Origin: an uncultured Pseudomonadales bacterium
GTDB taxonomy: Bacteria; Patescibacteriota; Microgenomatia; UBA1400; Chazhemtobacteraceae
Assembly (NCBI GenBank): GCA_964618725.1
Contig: CAZUBK010000001.1
Span: 132,908-196,907 of the forward strand
Length of the DNA stretch: 64,000 nt
Direction: 5' to 3'
A program made the translations under genes and the position numbers. Shown in pieces: positions 16,934 to 26,100 of this stretch. The notes under the pieces are model-generated. The model was not told the DNA's origin. It ran no database searches and worked only from the letters and a program-made list of their open reading frames with translations. The stretch's first letter is position 1, and every line of letters starts with the position of its first letter.

Positions 16934-19900
16934 ATGCGAAAATTGGCAATAATTTTGTTATTGGCTACACTTGTCGCGCTAATGGCTGGGACCTTTCCGC
17001 GATCAGTGAGAGCTTCTGATTGTGTCGGAGTGTACTTTCGAAATGATAGTACAACCGCACTTGATGAAGCAGCTATCTGTGAAGCGGCGAGCCCCCTAGT
17101 CGGGCACGGATTACAAGTGTATGTCTATTTGACAGATTATAGCCCTACGTCTGAAGGAGACTGGTTTTCTACCTTAGACCAGGTCGAAATGGCCTTGGGC
17201 CTGAGGCGGGAAGATGGTTTCTTTAATAACGAGAATGCTTTTATATTAGAAGCTACGACTTCGACGAGCCAACCTTGGGGCTGGAACATTACCTTTGGTG
17301 ATACTTTGATTAATTCTCCGCTTGAGGCGCGTAAAAGCGAAGTCAGCGGAACTTTAAAGAATGGTATCTTGTCGGGTGATGTGGCTTTAGGCTATATCAG
17401 CGCTCTAAAGCTAACTAATCAGATTGCCTTTCCAGTGGTTCAACCACAGCAACCAGTAGCACCGGCTCAACCGCCAGTGATTATTCAAGAAACTCGCGAG
17501 CCGGTAAACTTAACACCGGTTATAAATGGCATTGGTTTACTGCTCGTCGTGATAGTGGTTGGCGGTGGATTATTTGTCATCGTCACCAAATGGTTTCTGC
17601 CTTGGCAGAGTAGTCAACAAAGACTTACTTCCAAACGGGCATATTTAAATAGCCTGCGGGAGAAAGTGGAGCAACTGACGCTTAGCCTAGACGGAATACT
17701 GGGTGGCCAGACAGATGAAGATACCTTAATCTGGGATACTTTCGTTCAGTTTCAAATTGAAAAATATCCGGATTTGAGGAAAGAAGTTAAAGCACTCATC
17801 TCCAGTGCTCGGGACGGGTTAAATGCCGCTTTCGAGTTCAATGAAGAGATCCACAAAATTGAATCAGATACTGAAGAGCACGTCGACGAGATGGCAGAGG
17901 CCTATGAACGGGTCTATGCCAATTTAATCGGCACTGATCCAATAATCGCCTCGATGAGTGAGGCTGCCATGAGCGGATTTGTTGATCCGTTGAATCTTGG
18001 GACGAATGTTGGTCGCCTAGGCGGAGAGATCCGTCAAAGGATTGACCAGGCGCGCTTAGGAATCACCGGTTCGAGTTTCTTAATTCAATACCGATATCTT
18101 CAGACCGACGAACTTGTCAACATCGAAGGTGTCTATGAGATTGCTAATAAGCTAAAAACAATTTTGGTTCGCCTGATTACGGCGCAGACACAGAGTCAGG
18201 TCTTGTTAGATAAGGCAAAAGAAAAAAGGAGCGACCTCTCACGAGGTGACTTTTTTCCCGAGCTGAGTCCAGACAAGATCTTTCGTGAAGTCGATGCCTT
18301 AATCACATCAACTGAGGCTGAAAGTAAAAAACAGCTTTGGCTGACAGCATTGGAAGCGATCACAAAAGCCACTGCGATTTTGGGGTTTATCCAAGTTGAG
18401 TTGCCCGAAGCGAATGATAGCATCCGTGACTACATATCCAGAACAGCGAAAACTCGAGAAATAGTGAATGCAGGTTTTCGTCTGTCGGAACTGTTAGCAG
18501 ACCTAAAAATCTGCATGGACATCACCGAACAAATGGCGCAGCGTCTAAGCGAGGGAGATGAGGCGGTAAAACGCTCGATTACCAATCTTGACGACGCTTC
18601 GATAGCCATGCTTTACAAGGCAACAGAGTTAGTCGCGCTACGAGATAAAAACGTAGAGCGTTTGACTTCGATGTCCTCAGAGGTGGCGCGGGTACAAAGG
18701 TATCTTGATTTTCAAGCACAATCTGCTTGGGCAGCTATCAAAGGCCGGTACCCTGCACCAAATTACAACGACATTGAGGATAATGTTTCTGACTCGAGTG
18801 ACACGCTTTCGAAGTTGTTTGATAACCCTGCCGATGAGAATGATCTGAGTAGCAAAATTGCGAAGGCAAATTCGCTGCAAATTCAGGACTTCAAACAGAC
18901 CGAGGGATTACTCGATCAAGCTTTTGCTAGTTTAGTTGAAGCAGAGGCACAACTTAAAGAGGTCGTTGATCGGCTTGAGCTTTTAAACAGGCTTGAGGCG
19001 GACAACGCCCAAACTAATCTTGTAGTTCTCAAAGAAATCGAAAAAGCAAAGGCTCGTAGAGCAGAAAATGATCAGATGGTCGACACTGAAGTCGACCAGT
19101 TGATTGAACTGGCAGAGGGAGAGTACGGCAAGGCGGCCACTTCTTCATCCGCGCGTGATTTTCTGGCAGCAGACAAGATGTTTCAGGCTGCTCGTGAATC
19201 AGCGTTAAACGCCTACGGCTCGGCTGACAAGCAAATTCAGGCAATCTTGGCACTGCAGACCTCTTTAACCCAGTTAGGGCAGGAGGCATCGAGCTTAGTC
19301 AATCAAGCAATTGAAGGGCGACACTCGCTGATTCCGGCGGCACTGACAAATAATGCTGCTTCGCTTTGTGATGAAGCTCAAACGGCCTTGCGAAAGGCTG
19401 AGGCGAGCAAGTCAGAGGCAAACAAGAAGGAAGATCGTCAATGGGCAGCGGCTCTGCAACGATCGGTTAATCTCTTTAATGAGGTTATTAGGACTGCGAA
19501 AGCGGCTTTATCGCAACTCAATTCTGATTGGCATGTATATGATGGTTATGTTTCCTCAGCTCGTGAAGCAATTGAGAATGCTGAGAGGGCAATCGCCTCG
19601 GCTTCAACAAGAGTTTCCGATTCCGATGCCTCTGGCGCCGGAGCGGCATCCCTGAATCAAGCCCGGAACATGTTACCTGGTTTACCAGCAGTGGGGGCTT
19701 CGATTGACGAGCTCAGGCGGATAGAGAGTAGTGCGTCGGAAGCCGAACGTCTTGCACAACAGGCGAGGCAACAAGCTAACGCTCGAATCCAGGCTGTTGA
19801 AGCTGAGCGTGAAGAGCGCAGGCGCCAGGAGGCCGCTGAACGTCGTCGCCAGGAAGAAGCAGCCGCTTCGGCCAGACGCGCGGCGGAGTCGGCAAGGCGG

Positions 19901-20017
19901 ATGAGCAGCAGTTTCAGTAGTCACTCGCGCTCAAGCTCGGGTGGCTTTTCCAGCCGCTCAAGTAGCTCTGGCTTTTCGAGTCGCAGCATGTCATCGGGTC
20001 GCAGTAGTCGCGGCTAA
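16934..20017 (+). CDS. large membrane protein: signal peptide, TPM-like extracellular domain, one TM helix, ~800-aa helical cytoplasmic region, Ser/Arg/Gly tail
   Basis: MRKLAIILLLATLVALMAG..VRA signal; P/Q-rich linker; TM INGIGLLLVVIVVGGGLFVIV; heptad-rich body; the TPM assignment is inferred from architecture. Confidence 0.75.
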   Translation: MRKLAIILLLATLVALMAGTFPRSVRASDCVGVYFRNDSTTALDEAAICEAASPLVGHGLQVYVYLTDYSPTSEGDWFSTLDQVEMALGLRREDGFFNNENAFILEATTSTSQPWGWNITFGDTLINSPLEARKSEVSGTLKNGILSGDVALGYISALKLTNQIAFPVVQPQQPVAPAQPPVIIQETREPVNLTPVINGIGLLLVVIVVGGGLFVIVTKWFLPWQSSQQRLTSKRAYLNSLREKVEQLTLSLDGILGGQTDEDTLIWDTFVQFQIEKYPDLRKEVKALISSARDGLNAAFEFNEEIHKIESDTEEHVDEMAEAYERVYANLIGTDPIIASMSEAAMSGFVDPLNLGTNVGRLGGEIRQRIDQARLGITGSSFLIQYRYLQTDELVNIEGVYEIANKLKTILVRLITAQTQSQVLLDKAKEKRSDLSRGDFFPELSPDKIFREVDALITSTEAESKKQLWLTALEAITKATAILGFIQVELPEANDSIRDYISRTAKTREIVNAGFRLSELLADLKICMDITEQMAQRLSEGDEAVKRSITNLDDASIAMLYKATELVALRDKNVERLTSMSSEVARVQRYLDFQAQSAWAAIKGRYPAPNYNDIEDNVSDSSDTLSKLFDNPADENDLSSKIAKANSLQIQDFKQTEGLLDQAFASLVEAEAQLKEVVDRLELLNRLEADNAQTNLVVLKEIEKAKARRAENDQMVDTEVDQLIELAEGEYGKAATSSSARDFLAADKMFQAARESALNAYGSADKQIQAILALQTSLTQLGQEASSLVNQAIEGRHSLIPAALTNNAASLCDEAQTALRKAEASKSEANKKEDRQWAAALQRSVNLFNEVIRTAKAALSQLNSDWHVYDGYVSSAREAIENAERAIASASTRVSDSDASGAGAASLNQARNMLPGLPAVGASIDELRRIESSASEAERLAQQARQQANARIQAVEAEREERRRQEAAERRRQEEAAASARRAAESARRMSSSFSSHSRSSSGGFSSRSSSSGFSSRSMSSGRSSRG
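19928..19981 (+). repeat. two imperfect 27-nt tandem units encoding RSSS(G/S)GFSS
   Basis: cgctcaagctcgggtggcttttccagc / cgctcaagtagctctggcttttcgagt. Confidence 0.7.
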
Positions 20018-20038
20018 TGTTTAGAAAATAGCTATTGT

Positions 20039-20064
20039 GGGAGTCCGAAAGGACTCCCTTTTTT
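20039..20064 (+). terminator. intrinsic terminator closing the PspA/TPM unit
   Basis: GGGAGTCC-gaaa-GGACTCCC-TTTTTT. Confidence 0.9.
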
Positions 20065-20614
20065 AGGCCAAACTCTTGGCAGCGTGGAGACGATGATCGA
20101 TGATCTCTTCAATATGGTTATATATAGCTACGTGCTTAAGAGTGCTCGGTAAACCAAAACCGAGGTGATCAAGAATTTGGATTTGAAAATCGGTGACAAG
20201 AGACTGGCGGGTGGCGGCGTGAAGTAAGGGCTGATTCAGGTTTTGAAATAGGCGGGTGAGAGAGTCGAAGATCTGAGAATATACTTCGGCCTCGGGGAGA
20301 AGTTGGTCGATGACTTCATTTAAATGAAAGGCGGCACGAACTAAAGCTAGATCGGCCTTTAAGTGTAGAAAGTTATCAACCGTCTGTGCTTGGGTGACGA
20401 TTAAATAATGCGGGCTACTGGCAAAGTGGAGTTTGCTGTGGGTAAAGAGATCGATGTGAGCGGCTTTTCTTGAGGTACTGCGGCGACTGCCTTTGGCAAC
20501 GGCGAAAAGCTTGCCGTGATCTTTGGTAAAGATAGTAAGGAGTCGGTCAGCCTCGGAATAGTTACTGCGACGAAGAATAAAGGCATTGTCAATAAAATGG
20601 CGGGGAAGGAGCAT
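20063..20614 (-). CDS. recO: DNA repair protein RecO (short form)
   Basis: ILRRSNYSEADRLLTIFTKDHGKL..VAKGSRR..SRK; LDHLGF. Confidence 0.92.
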   Translation of the reverse strand: MLLPRHFIDNAFILRRSNYSEADRLLTIFTKDHGKLFAVAKGSRRSTSRKAAHIDLFTHSKLHFASSPHYLIVTQAQTVDNFLHLKADLALVRAAFHLNEVIDQLLPEAEVYSQIFDSLTRLFQNLNQPLLHAATRQSLVTDFQIQILDHLGFGLPSTLKHVAIYNHIEEIIDHRLHAAKSLA

Positions 20615-20615
20615 A

Positions 20616-22601
20616 TTACTTTAACCTAATCTCAGTATCAGAATCGATTTCTTTAGTTTGTGGCTGGCCATCATAGGTAAGAGTGTATTTGGCGTTTAGC
20701 TTGCCAGGCTGCTTTTGGATAAGAAGAGAGTTAAATTCACCAGCTTTAAGAGGCAGTTTGTATTTAAAGACAAGTTTATTGCTGCTTTGGGGGCGCATAG
20801 TGAAGAAGGCCTCGATTACAGTCTTGCCTAGATCTTCTGTCGCGGCAGCAGTAACCTCAGAGCCGACTACTTCAATCATCTGCGAGCCCTTTGGGACATA
20901 GAGGCGGACCCAATCTCTTAGGGTGCCATTGAGACAAAGAAGACCGGCTTCAAGATTACAGTTGCTGGCTGGGAAGGGATTGCTGTAGACCAGGGTAACT
21001 GTCTTGGTGACAGTGCCGTCGGCGTCGATTTCATACTCTTGCTCTACTTCCTCCGTAACAAACATATTGGATTTAGCACCGCCAAAATTAGTGTCGTTGA
21101 CGTGGAGATAGTCACCTTCGAAATTGACTATTCGACCGGCGGAGTTAAATTCTTCGGCGTGTTTTTGAGTTTCTTCTTTGAGGAAGTAGAAGAGGGTGTG
21201 TTTTTGTTTGATAGATTCAAGGCCAACGTTGAGAAGTTGGGGCCATTTGGCTTTAGGGGAGCCCATGGCGTTGGCCATGATGGAATGCATGAGAGGACCC
21301 AAGACGGCTTTACGATCGGTGCGACCCAAGATATTAGTGGGTCGATCGGAGATTTCCTCAAGAGCATAGATAACTTGAGGACAGTCACAGCGTTTGTCGT
21401 TTTCGGCGGAAAAATTACCCCAGCCGCCGACGCCGACAGGACCGAGAATCTCAAGGAGCTTGACAGGGACTTGGGTGTCGATGGCGATAATGCCGTCGAT
21501 ATTACGGACACCGGAGATTGATTTGTAGTGCTCATAGAAAGTATCCATACTGAGTTTGAAATCGGGAGAGAGATTCATATTGCGCAAGTGCCAGACAGAT
21601 TCATCAAGATACTTCTTGATTGGATCGGGAGCCGGGATACTCTTGTTGAACCGATTGTCGAGTTCATAAATATCATTGCTATCAAGTGGAGTAATTTTAC
21701 CCTTGCTGATTTTGAGATAGGCGTAGGCAGTCATGAAGCCGCCGGTGGGACGGATTTCAGCGTCGTTTTGGAAGAGGAGCATGTAGGTCTTCTCGGCTTC
21801 CTGACCGAGAAGTTCGGGAAGGATTTTTATAAAAGGACGGGCTTCGGAAAGGACTTTATAGGAAGAATCAAAAGCATTTTGTAAATCTAACACCTTACTT
21901 CTGATTTGCTTGCCGGCGACTTGCTTGGGATATCTTTTAGGATTAATGGCATCGATCTCATCCTTGGCGAGTTTGAGTTTTTGAGTAATGCCGTCGAGTT
22001 GAGGGGCGATGGCGTCGAGGGTTTGGACAATAAAGACTAGACGATCCTCGACTGATTGGGCTGGTGGGGTGGCAGCAGTGTCGCTGCTCTTAAAGCCCAG
22101 GAGATCAGAATATGGCCTTATTGCTTCGATTAATTCATCTCCGGCGAGGGCGGCGTATCCGGCGGCGGTGAGAGCGTGTTCCCCGTCGAGATAGTAGCCA
22201 CGAACGAGAGGAATAATCTTGGTCCAAGAAAGAAATTTGTATTTACCTTGAGTTGTCTCGATCTGGACTTTGGTTTCCTTGAGATGACTCTTGGCACTAT
22301 CGAGGTCTTGGGATTGAAGTGAAACAAGAGCAGCGCTAGCGGAGGAGACGGCGAGACGGAGGGGTTTGCTGATGGCGTAGGCGGGTATGGCGATGGCTAT
22401 ACTAAGAACTAAAAGGACGCCAAAAACGATACCGAGAATCTTGAGAATCTTAAGGGGGCGCTTGGTGGTCTTGGGAAGAAGTTTGGGGGAGGCAGGGGTG
22501 GGTAGCGTTAACGAGGAGGACGCAGGAGGATTGAGTGTTGGCATAGGGACCTCTACGTCAGAGGTTGAGTCTCCATCAAGATTGAGTTTTTTCAGCTCCA
22601 T
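20616..22601 (-). CDS. DUF4012-domain membrane-anchored protein
   Basis: N-terminal TM; YMLLFQNDAEIRPTGGF, RNMNLSPDF, DGIIAID, NFGGAKSN, RLYVPKGS, QKQPG. Confidence 0.85.
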   Translation of the reverse strand: MELKKLNLDGDSTSDVEVPMPTLNPPASSSLTLPTPASPKLLPKTTKRPLKILKILGIVFGVLLVLSIAIAIPAYAISKPLRLAVSSASAALVSLQSQDLDSAKSHLKETKVQIETTQGKYKFLSWTKIIPLVRGYYLDGEHALTAAGYAALAGDELIEAIRPYSDLLGFKSSDTAATPPAQSVEDRLVFIVQTLDAIAPQLDGITQKLKLAKDEIDAINPKRYPKQVAGKQIRSKVLDLQNAFDSSYKVLSEARPFIKILPELLGQEAEKTYMLLFQNDAEIRPTGGFMTAYAYLKISKGKITPLDSNDIYELDNRFNKSIPAPDPIKKYLDESVWHLRNMNLSPDFKLSMDTFYEHYKSISGVRNIDGIIAIDTQVPVKLLEILGPVGVGGWGNFSAENDKRCDCPQVIYALEEISDRPTNILGRTDRKAVLGPLMHSIMANAMGSPKAKWPQLLNVGLESIKQKHTLFYFLKEETQKHAEEFNSAGRIVNFEGDYLHVNDTNFGGAKSNMFVTEEVEQEYEIDADGTVTKTVTLVYSNPFPASNCNLEAGLLCLNGTLRDWVRLYVPKGSQMIEVVGSEVTAAATEDLGKTVIEAFFTMRPQSSNKLVFKYKLPLKAGEFNSLLIQKQPGKLNAKYTLTYDGQPQTKEIDSDTEIRLK

Positions 22602-22612
22602 AGAAATTTATC

Positions 22613-23239
22613 TTACCATTTACTGATCATGGCAAGGGGGGTCTTGATGATAATTTTAAGATCATCGAGAAGGTTTCTTCGGGTGGCGTACTCTGCATCT
22701 AGCTTGACGCGCTTGTCCCAGGGAACGTCATTTCTACCCGATACTTGCCAGAGACCAGTGAGACCCGGTTTGGCAGTCAGACTTTGGTCAATAAGTTCGG
22801 AGACGGGCTTGCCAAAACGCTTAACCGCATCTTTGATTTCAATATCGCGGATGGGGCGAGGGCCGACAAGACTCATGCTGCCAAGAAAAATATTAAAGAC
22901 TTGGGGAAACTCATCGATTGAGGTTTGTCGCAGGATCCTGCCAAGTCTAGTGATACGGGGATCTTCATCAAGAGTTAACTTCCAACTTAGACGTTTGTAT
23001 TTTTCAAAGAGTTTGGGATTTTTTTTCCAGTAAGCATCGGCGTCGGCAATCATAGTGCGAAATTTAAGAATGGAGAAAAGTTTGCCGTTCTTACCGACAC
23101 GTTTTTGACGAAAGAGAATGGGACCCTCGGAGTCGAGTTTGATGAGAATGGGGATGATGATCCAGACGGGGAAAAAGAGAAAGATTAGAACGGATGAAGT
23201 GGCAAGGTCGAAGAGTCGTTTAGAAATGTCGTAGAGCAT
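22613..23239 (-). CDS. initiating polyprenyl-phosphate glycosylphosphotransferase (Bac_transf)
   Basis: KRLFD, KFRTM, DPRITRLGRILRQTSIDEFPQ, MSLVGPRP, KPGLTGLWQVSGR. Confidence 0.93.
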   Translation of the reverse strand: MLYDISKRLFDLATSSVLIFLFFPVWIIIPILIKLDSEGPILFRQKRVGKNGKLFSILKFRTMIADADAYWKKNPKLFEKYKRLSWKLTLDEDPRITRLGRILRQTSIDEFPQVFNIFLGSMSLVGPRPIRDIEIKDAVKRFGKPVSELIDQSLTAKPGLTGLWQVSGRNDVPWDKRVKLDAEYATRRNLLDDLKIIIKTPLAMISKW

Positions 23240-23242
23240 AGA

Positions 23243-24370
23243 TTAGAGATATTGGTCGAGCTTTTTTTCTTCAAGAATTTTGACTATGTCGCGAACTTCC
23301 TGGGCTCGTTTGATGTCGCAGATGAGGAGACCGTCTTTTGTATCTATGATTACAAGGTTTTCAATACCGATTGTAGTAATAAGTTGATCTTCGGTTTGAA
23401 TGAGGGAATTTTTTGTGTCGATGCCGACGTGTCTGCCTTTGGCACCATGAACAATGATGCTGTTGCCATTTTCGTCTTTATCTGACAGTTCATAAACCAC
23501 TCGCCAGTCTCCAATGTCATTCCAACCGAATTTACCTTTGAAAACATGGAGCTTTTTAGTTTTAGTGCCGATGGCAAAATCTATCTGTTCATTCTTGGCT
23601 TTATGATACTCAACCTTGAGTACACCTTTTTCTTGCGGTGTTCCTATAGCATTGTAGATGTTCATGATATTTTTGTAGAGATCGGGAGCCAGTAAATTAA
23701 ACTCCTCTAAGATGACCTTGGTGCTCCAGACAAACTTATTGGCATTCCAAAGATAGTTGCCCTGTTTCATATATTCCTGCGCTTTCTTTGTTGGATTGGC
23801 GGGGTCAGAGATCTCAGGACGTTTAATGAAGCTATCAACTTTGTATGCAGTTTCACCATCGATTCTGTCAACAGGTTCTCCTAGCTTAATGTACTCGAGG
23901 CCTGTATGAGGAATGGCGGGGACAATACCAATTGTCGTCAAAGTTTGATGTTTGTCGACAAATTTGGCGGCGGCCAAGAGTGTTTTTTGGTAGGTAGGGA
24001 TGTCTGTAATGACTTGATCGGTCGCTAGATTGATTATTACTGCGTTTGGATTACGCTTGTGGACGTAAGCAGCAGCGACACCCATGGCCAGAGCTGTATT
24101 CTTTTTTTCCGGTTCGGCAATGATGTTTTCTTCAGGAATAAGTGGCTCTTGGCGCTGGATGTCGGAAACGTGATCTTTATTAGTAATCACCAGAATACGA
24201 GAAAGTGGAACTAATCCTTTAACACGTCTTATCGTTTCCTGAAACAGGGTGTATTTGGAAAAAAGGCGGGCAAATTGTTTAGGGCTGGTTTTTCGAGAGC
24301 TTGGCCAAAGCCTAGTTCCCGTTCCTCCAGCGAGGAGAACTACATAGACATTTTTTGGTGCTGTTGCCAT
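23243..24370 (-). CDS. manC: mannose-1-phosphate guanylyltransferase
   Basis: LAGGTGTRLWPSSR..PKQF, EPEKKNTA, YLWN, GWNDIGDW. Confidence 0.85.
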   Translation of the reverse strand: MATAPKNVYVVLLAGGTGTRLWPSSRKTSPKQFARLFSKYTLFQETIRRVKGLVPLSRILVITNKDHVSDIQRQEPLIPEENIIAEPEKKNTALAMGVAAAYVHKRNPNAVIINLATDQVITDIPTYQKTLLAAAKFVDKHQTLTTIGIVPAIPHTGLEYIKLGEPVDRIDGETAYKVDSFIKRPEISDPANPTKKAQEYMKQGNYLWNANKFVWSTKVILEEFNLLAPDLYKNIMNIYNAIGTPQEKGVLKVEYHKAKNEQIDFAIGTKTKKLHVFKGKFGWNDIGDWRVVYELSDKDENGNSIIVHGAKGRHVGIDTKNSLIQTEDQLITTIGIENLVIIDTKDGLLICDIKRAQEVRDIVKILEEKKLDQYL

Positions 24371-25479
24371 AGTGAGTCTACTTTAGCAGAAAATTGTCTG
24401 AGGAAAAGGGAGTCAGTGAAATTGTAAGCGTTTTCTTGACAGTTTTTGACCGTAAAGAAGTGCTTTTTTGTTTGAAATTGCTCAATTGCTTTGACAAGTG
24501 AATCGACGTCTTGCTTGGAAAAGAAAAGGCCGGTTTGGTTGGCGACGATAGTCTCGGTGGCTCCCCCTTTTTTGTAGGCAATGACAGGGATGCCTGCAGC
24601 CTGTGATTCAAGTGGGGTCAAACCAAAGTCCTCGTTTTGGGGAAAGATCAGAGCTGAAGCGTTTTGATACAAACGGCGGAGCTTTTTGTCACTCACTTTT
24701 CCTAAGAACTCGACATTCCTGCCAGCAATGCTTCTTAAAAATAGCTTTTGAGAACCAGTGCCGACAATTTTGAGTTGATAAGGGAGGTTCCTGAAGGCGC
24801 GAACCACTAGATCAACTTTCTTGTAGGGAACAAGACGAGAGACAACAAGATAATATGATTTATGATTTACGAGATAAGATTTACGAGACCAGAAGTTGAA
24901 GTCTATACCAGGATAAACCAGATCTGAGTCGCGTTGATAGTACTTTTTGACTCTTTTTTGGATTGTTTTGGAGATGGCGATGTAATGATCGGGGCGCTGT
25001 GCCAATACCACATCAACTTTTCGAAGACTATTTTTTAGCTTGTCTAAACCGAGACTGGCAAGATGTGAAAACTGCTTGAGGGAGGGATTGTTCTTATACT
25101 CCTTGTGACCGGACCAGAGATACCGGGTCGGAGTGAGGCAGTAACAGAGGTGGAGAGTATCAGGCTTGGTAATGATGCCTTTAGCAGTATCACTGGTGAC
25201 GGAGATGACTAAATCGAATTGATCGAAGTCAAAGCTTTCGAAACCAAAAATGGAAACGGGGGCTAATAATTCATGTTTTTTGCGAAAGATGGGAATCTTA
25301 TTGAAAAAACTAGAAATGACCGCCAAGTCTATTGCCCATTTAGAGGAAGCGGGATTGTGAACCAAGGTGTAGATTGGAGCATCGGGATAAAGCTTATGCA
25401 AAGCGAGTAAGACGCGTTCGGCCCCACCCCATTTGTTGATGCGATCGTAGACTAGGGCGACTCTAGGTGGGCTACTCAT
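24340..25479 (-). CDS. GT4 glycosyltransferase (WbaZ-like)
   Basis: GGAERVL, YCLTPTRYLW, SRLVPYKKVD, EDFGLTPLE. Confidence 0.9.
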   Translation of the reverse strand: MSSPPRVALVYDRINKWGGAERVLLALHKLYPDAPIYTLVHNPASSKWAIDLAVISSFFNKIPIFRKKHELLAPVSIFGFESFDFDQFDLVISVTSDTAKGIITKPDTLHLCYCLTPTRYLWSGHKEYKNNPSLKQFSHLASLGLDKLKNSLRKVDVVLAQRPDHYIAISKTIQKRVKKYYQRDSDLVYPGIDFNFWSRKSYLVNHKSYYLVVSRLVPYKKVDLVVRAFRNLPYQLKIVGTGSQKLFLRSIAGRNVEFLGKVSDKKLRRLYQNASALIFPQNEDFGLTPLESQAAGIPVIAYKKGGATETIVANQTGLFFSKQDVDSLVKAIEQFQTKKHFFTVKNCQENAYNFTDSLFLRQFSAKVDSLWQQHQKMSM

Positions 25480-26065
25480 TTCTTTTCTTGACTTTTCTTC
25501 TTAGTTTTTGTAAACTATCTTTAGAATCACGATGAAGAGCGCTCCTTAAGGGTTGGTCCTTCTGGAGTTCTTTTCTTTTTTGTAGGGAGAGCTTGTTTTT
25601 CTTTTCAGATATAAAACTCAAATACTTAGAATCGAAACGCTTTAGAAGTGAGGAGTAACTTGCCTTACTAGGTATCAAAAGTTGTCCTAGTTTATTTTTC
25701 TTTACTAAATACTCAACTAGGCAGTGAAAATCACCATCTCCGGTAACGATGACTGCTTTATTGAAATTATTCCACTCGATCATTGTATGTAAAACTAATT
25801 CTGCGTCAACGTTTCCTTTGGTTCCCTCTTTTCTAATGAGGGTTGGCTTGAAGATTAGCTTGAAACCGTCTTTTTTTAGATTTTGATAAAGTGGTTCATT
25901 CTCCTTAATGTAGCCAATAAAAAGAAAGGCTTTGTCAACTTGATATTTTTCTTTAAGATAAACACGAAAACTCTTGAAGTGTAGTTTCCAGCCCAAACCT
26001 CTTATCGCCAGATTTAGATTCTGGCTATCAATAAATGCGTAGTTGTTTTCTTTAGTTTTTATCAT
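25472..26065 (-). CDS. NYN-domain (LabA/DUF88, PIN-fold) putative ribonuclease
   Basis: FIDSQNL, KGNVDAELV, VTGDGDF acidic motifs. Confidence 0.88.
   Translation of the reverse strand: MIKTKENNYAFIDSQNLNLAIRGLGWKLHFKSFRVYLKEKYQVDKAFLFIGYIKENEPLYQNLKKDGFKLIFKPTLIRKEGTKGNVDAELVLHTMIEWNNFNKAVIVTGDGDFHCLVEYLVKKNKLGQLLIPSKASYSSLLKRFDSKYLSFISEKKNKLSLQKRKELQKDQPLRSALHRDSKDSLQKLRRKVKKRNE
25488..25516 (+). promoter_or_regulatory. sigma70-like promoter antisense to the NYN 3' end
   Basis: TTGACT(25488-25493)-N17-TAAACT(25511-25516). Confidence 0.6.
25523..25581 (+). ncRNA. predicted ~58-nt antisense small RNA within the NYN gene
   Basis: Promoter upstream; long hairpin GAAGAG.GCUCC..AAGGG-uugg-UCCUU..GGAGU.CUUUUC (25534-25575) followed by U6; no + strand gene nearby that would need this terminator. 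Confidence 0.55.
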
Positions 26066-26071
26066 ATATTC

Positions 26072-26100
26072 AGCGTAGTCCGAATCTTACCCGAAGTCAA
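26072..26100 (-). promoter_or_regulatory. dedicated promoter of the NYN gene with a TTCGG direct repeat
   Basis: TTGACT-N17-TACGCT ending 6 nt before ATG; TTCGG-gtaaga-TTCGG spans the spacer. Confidence 0.6.
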
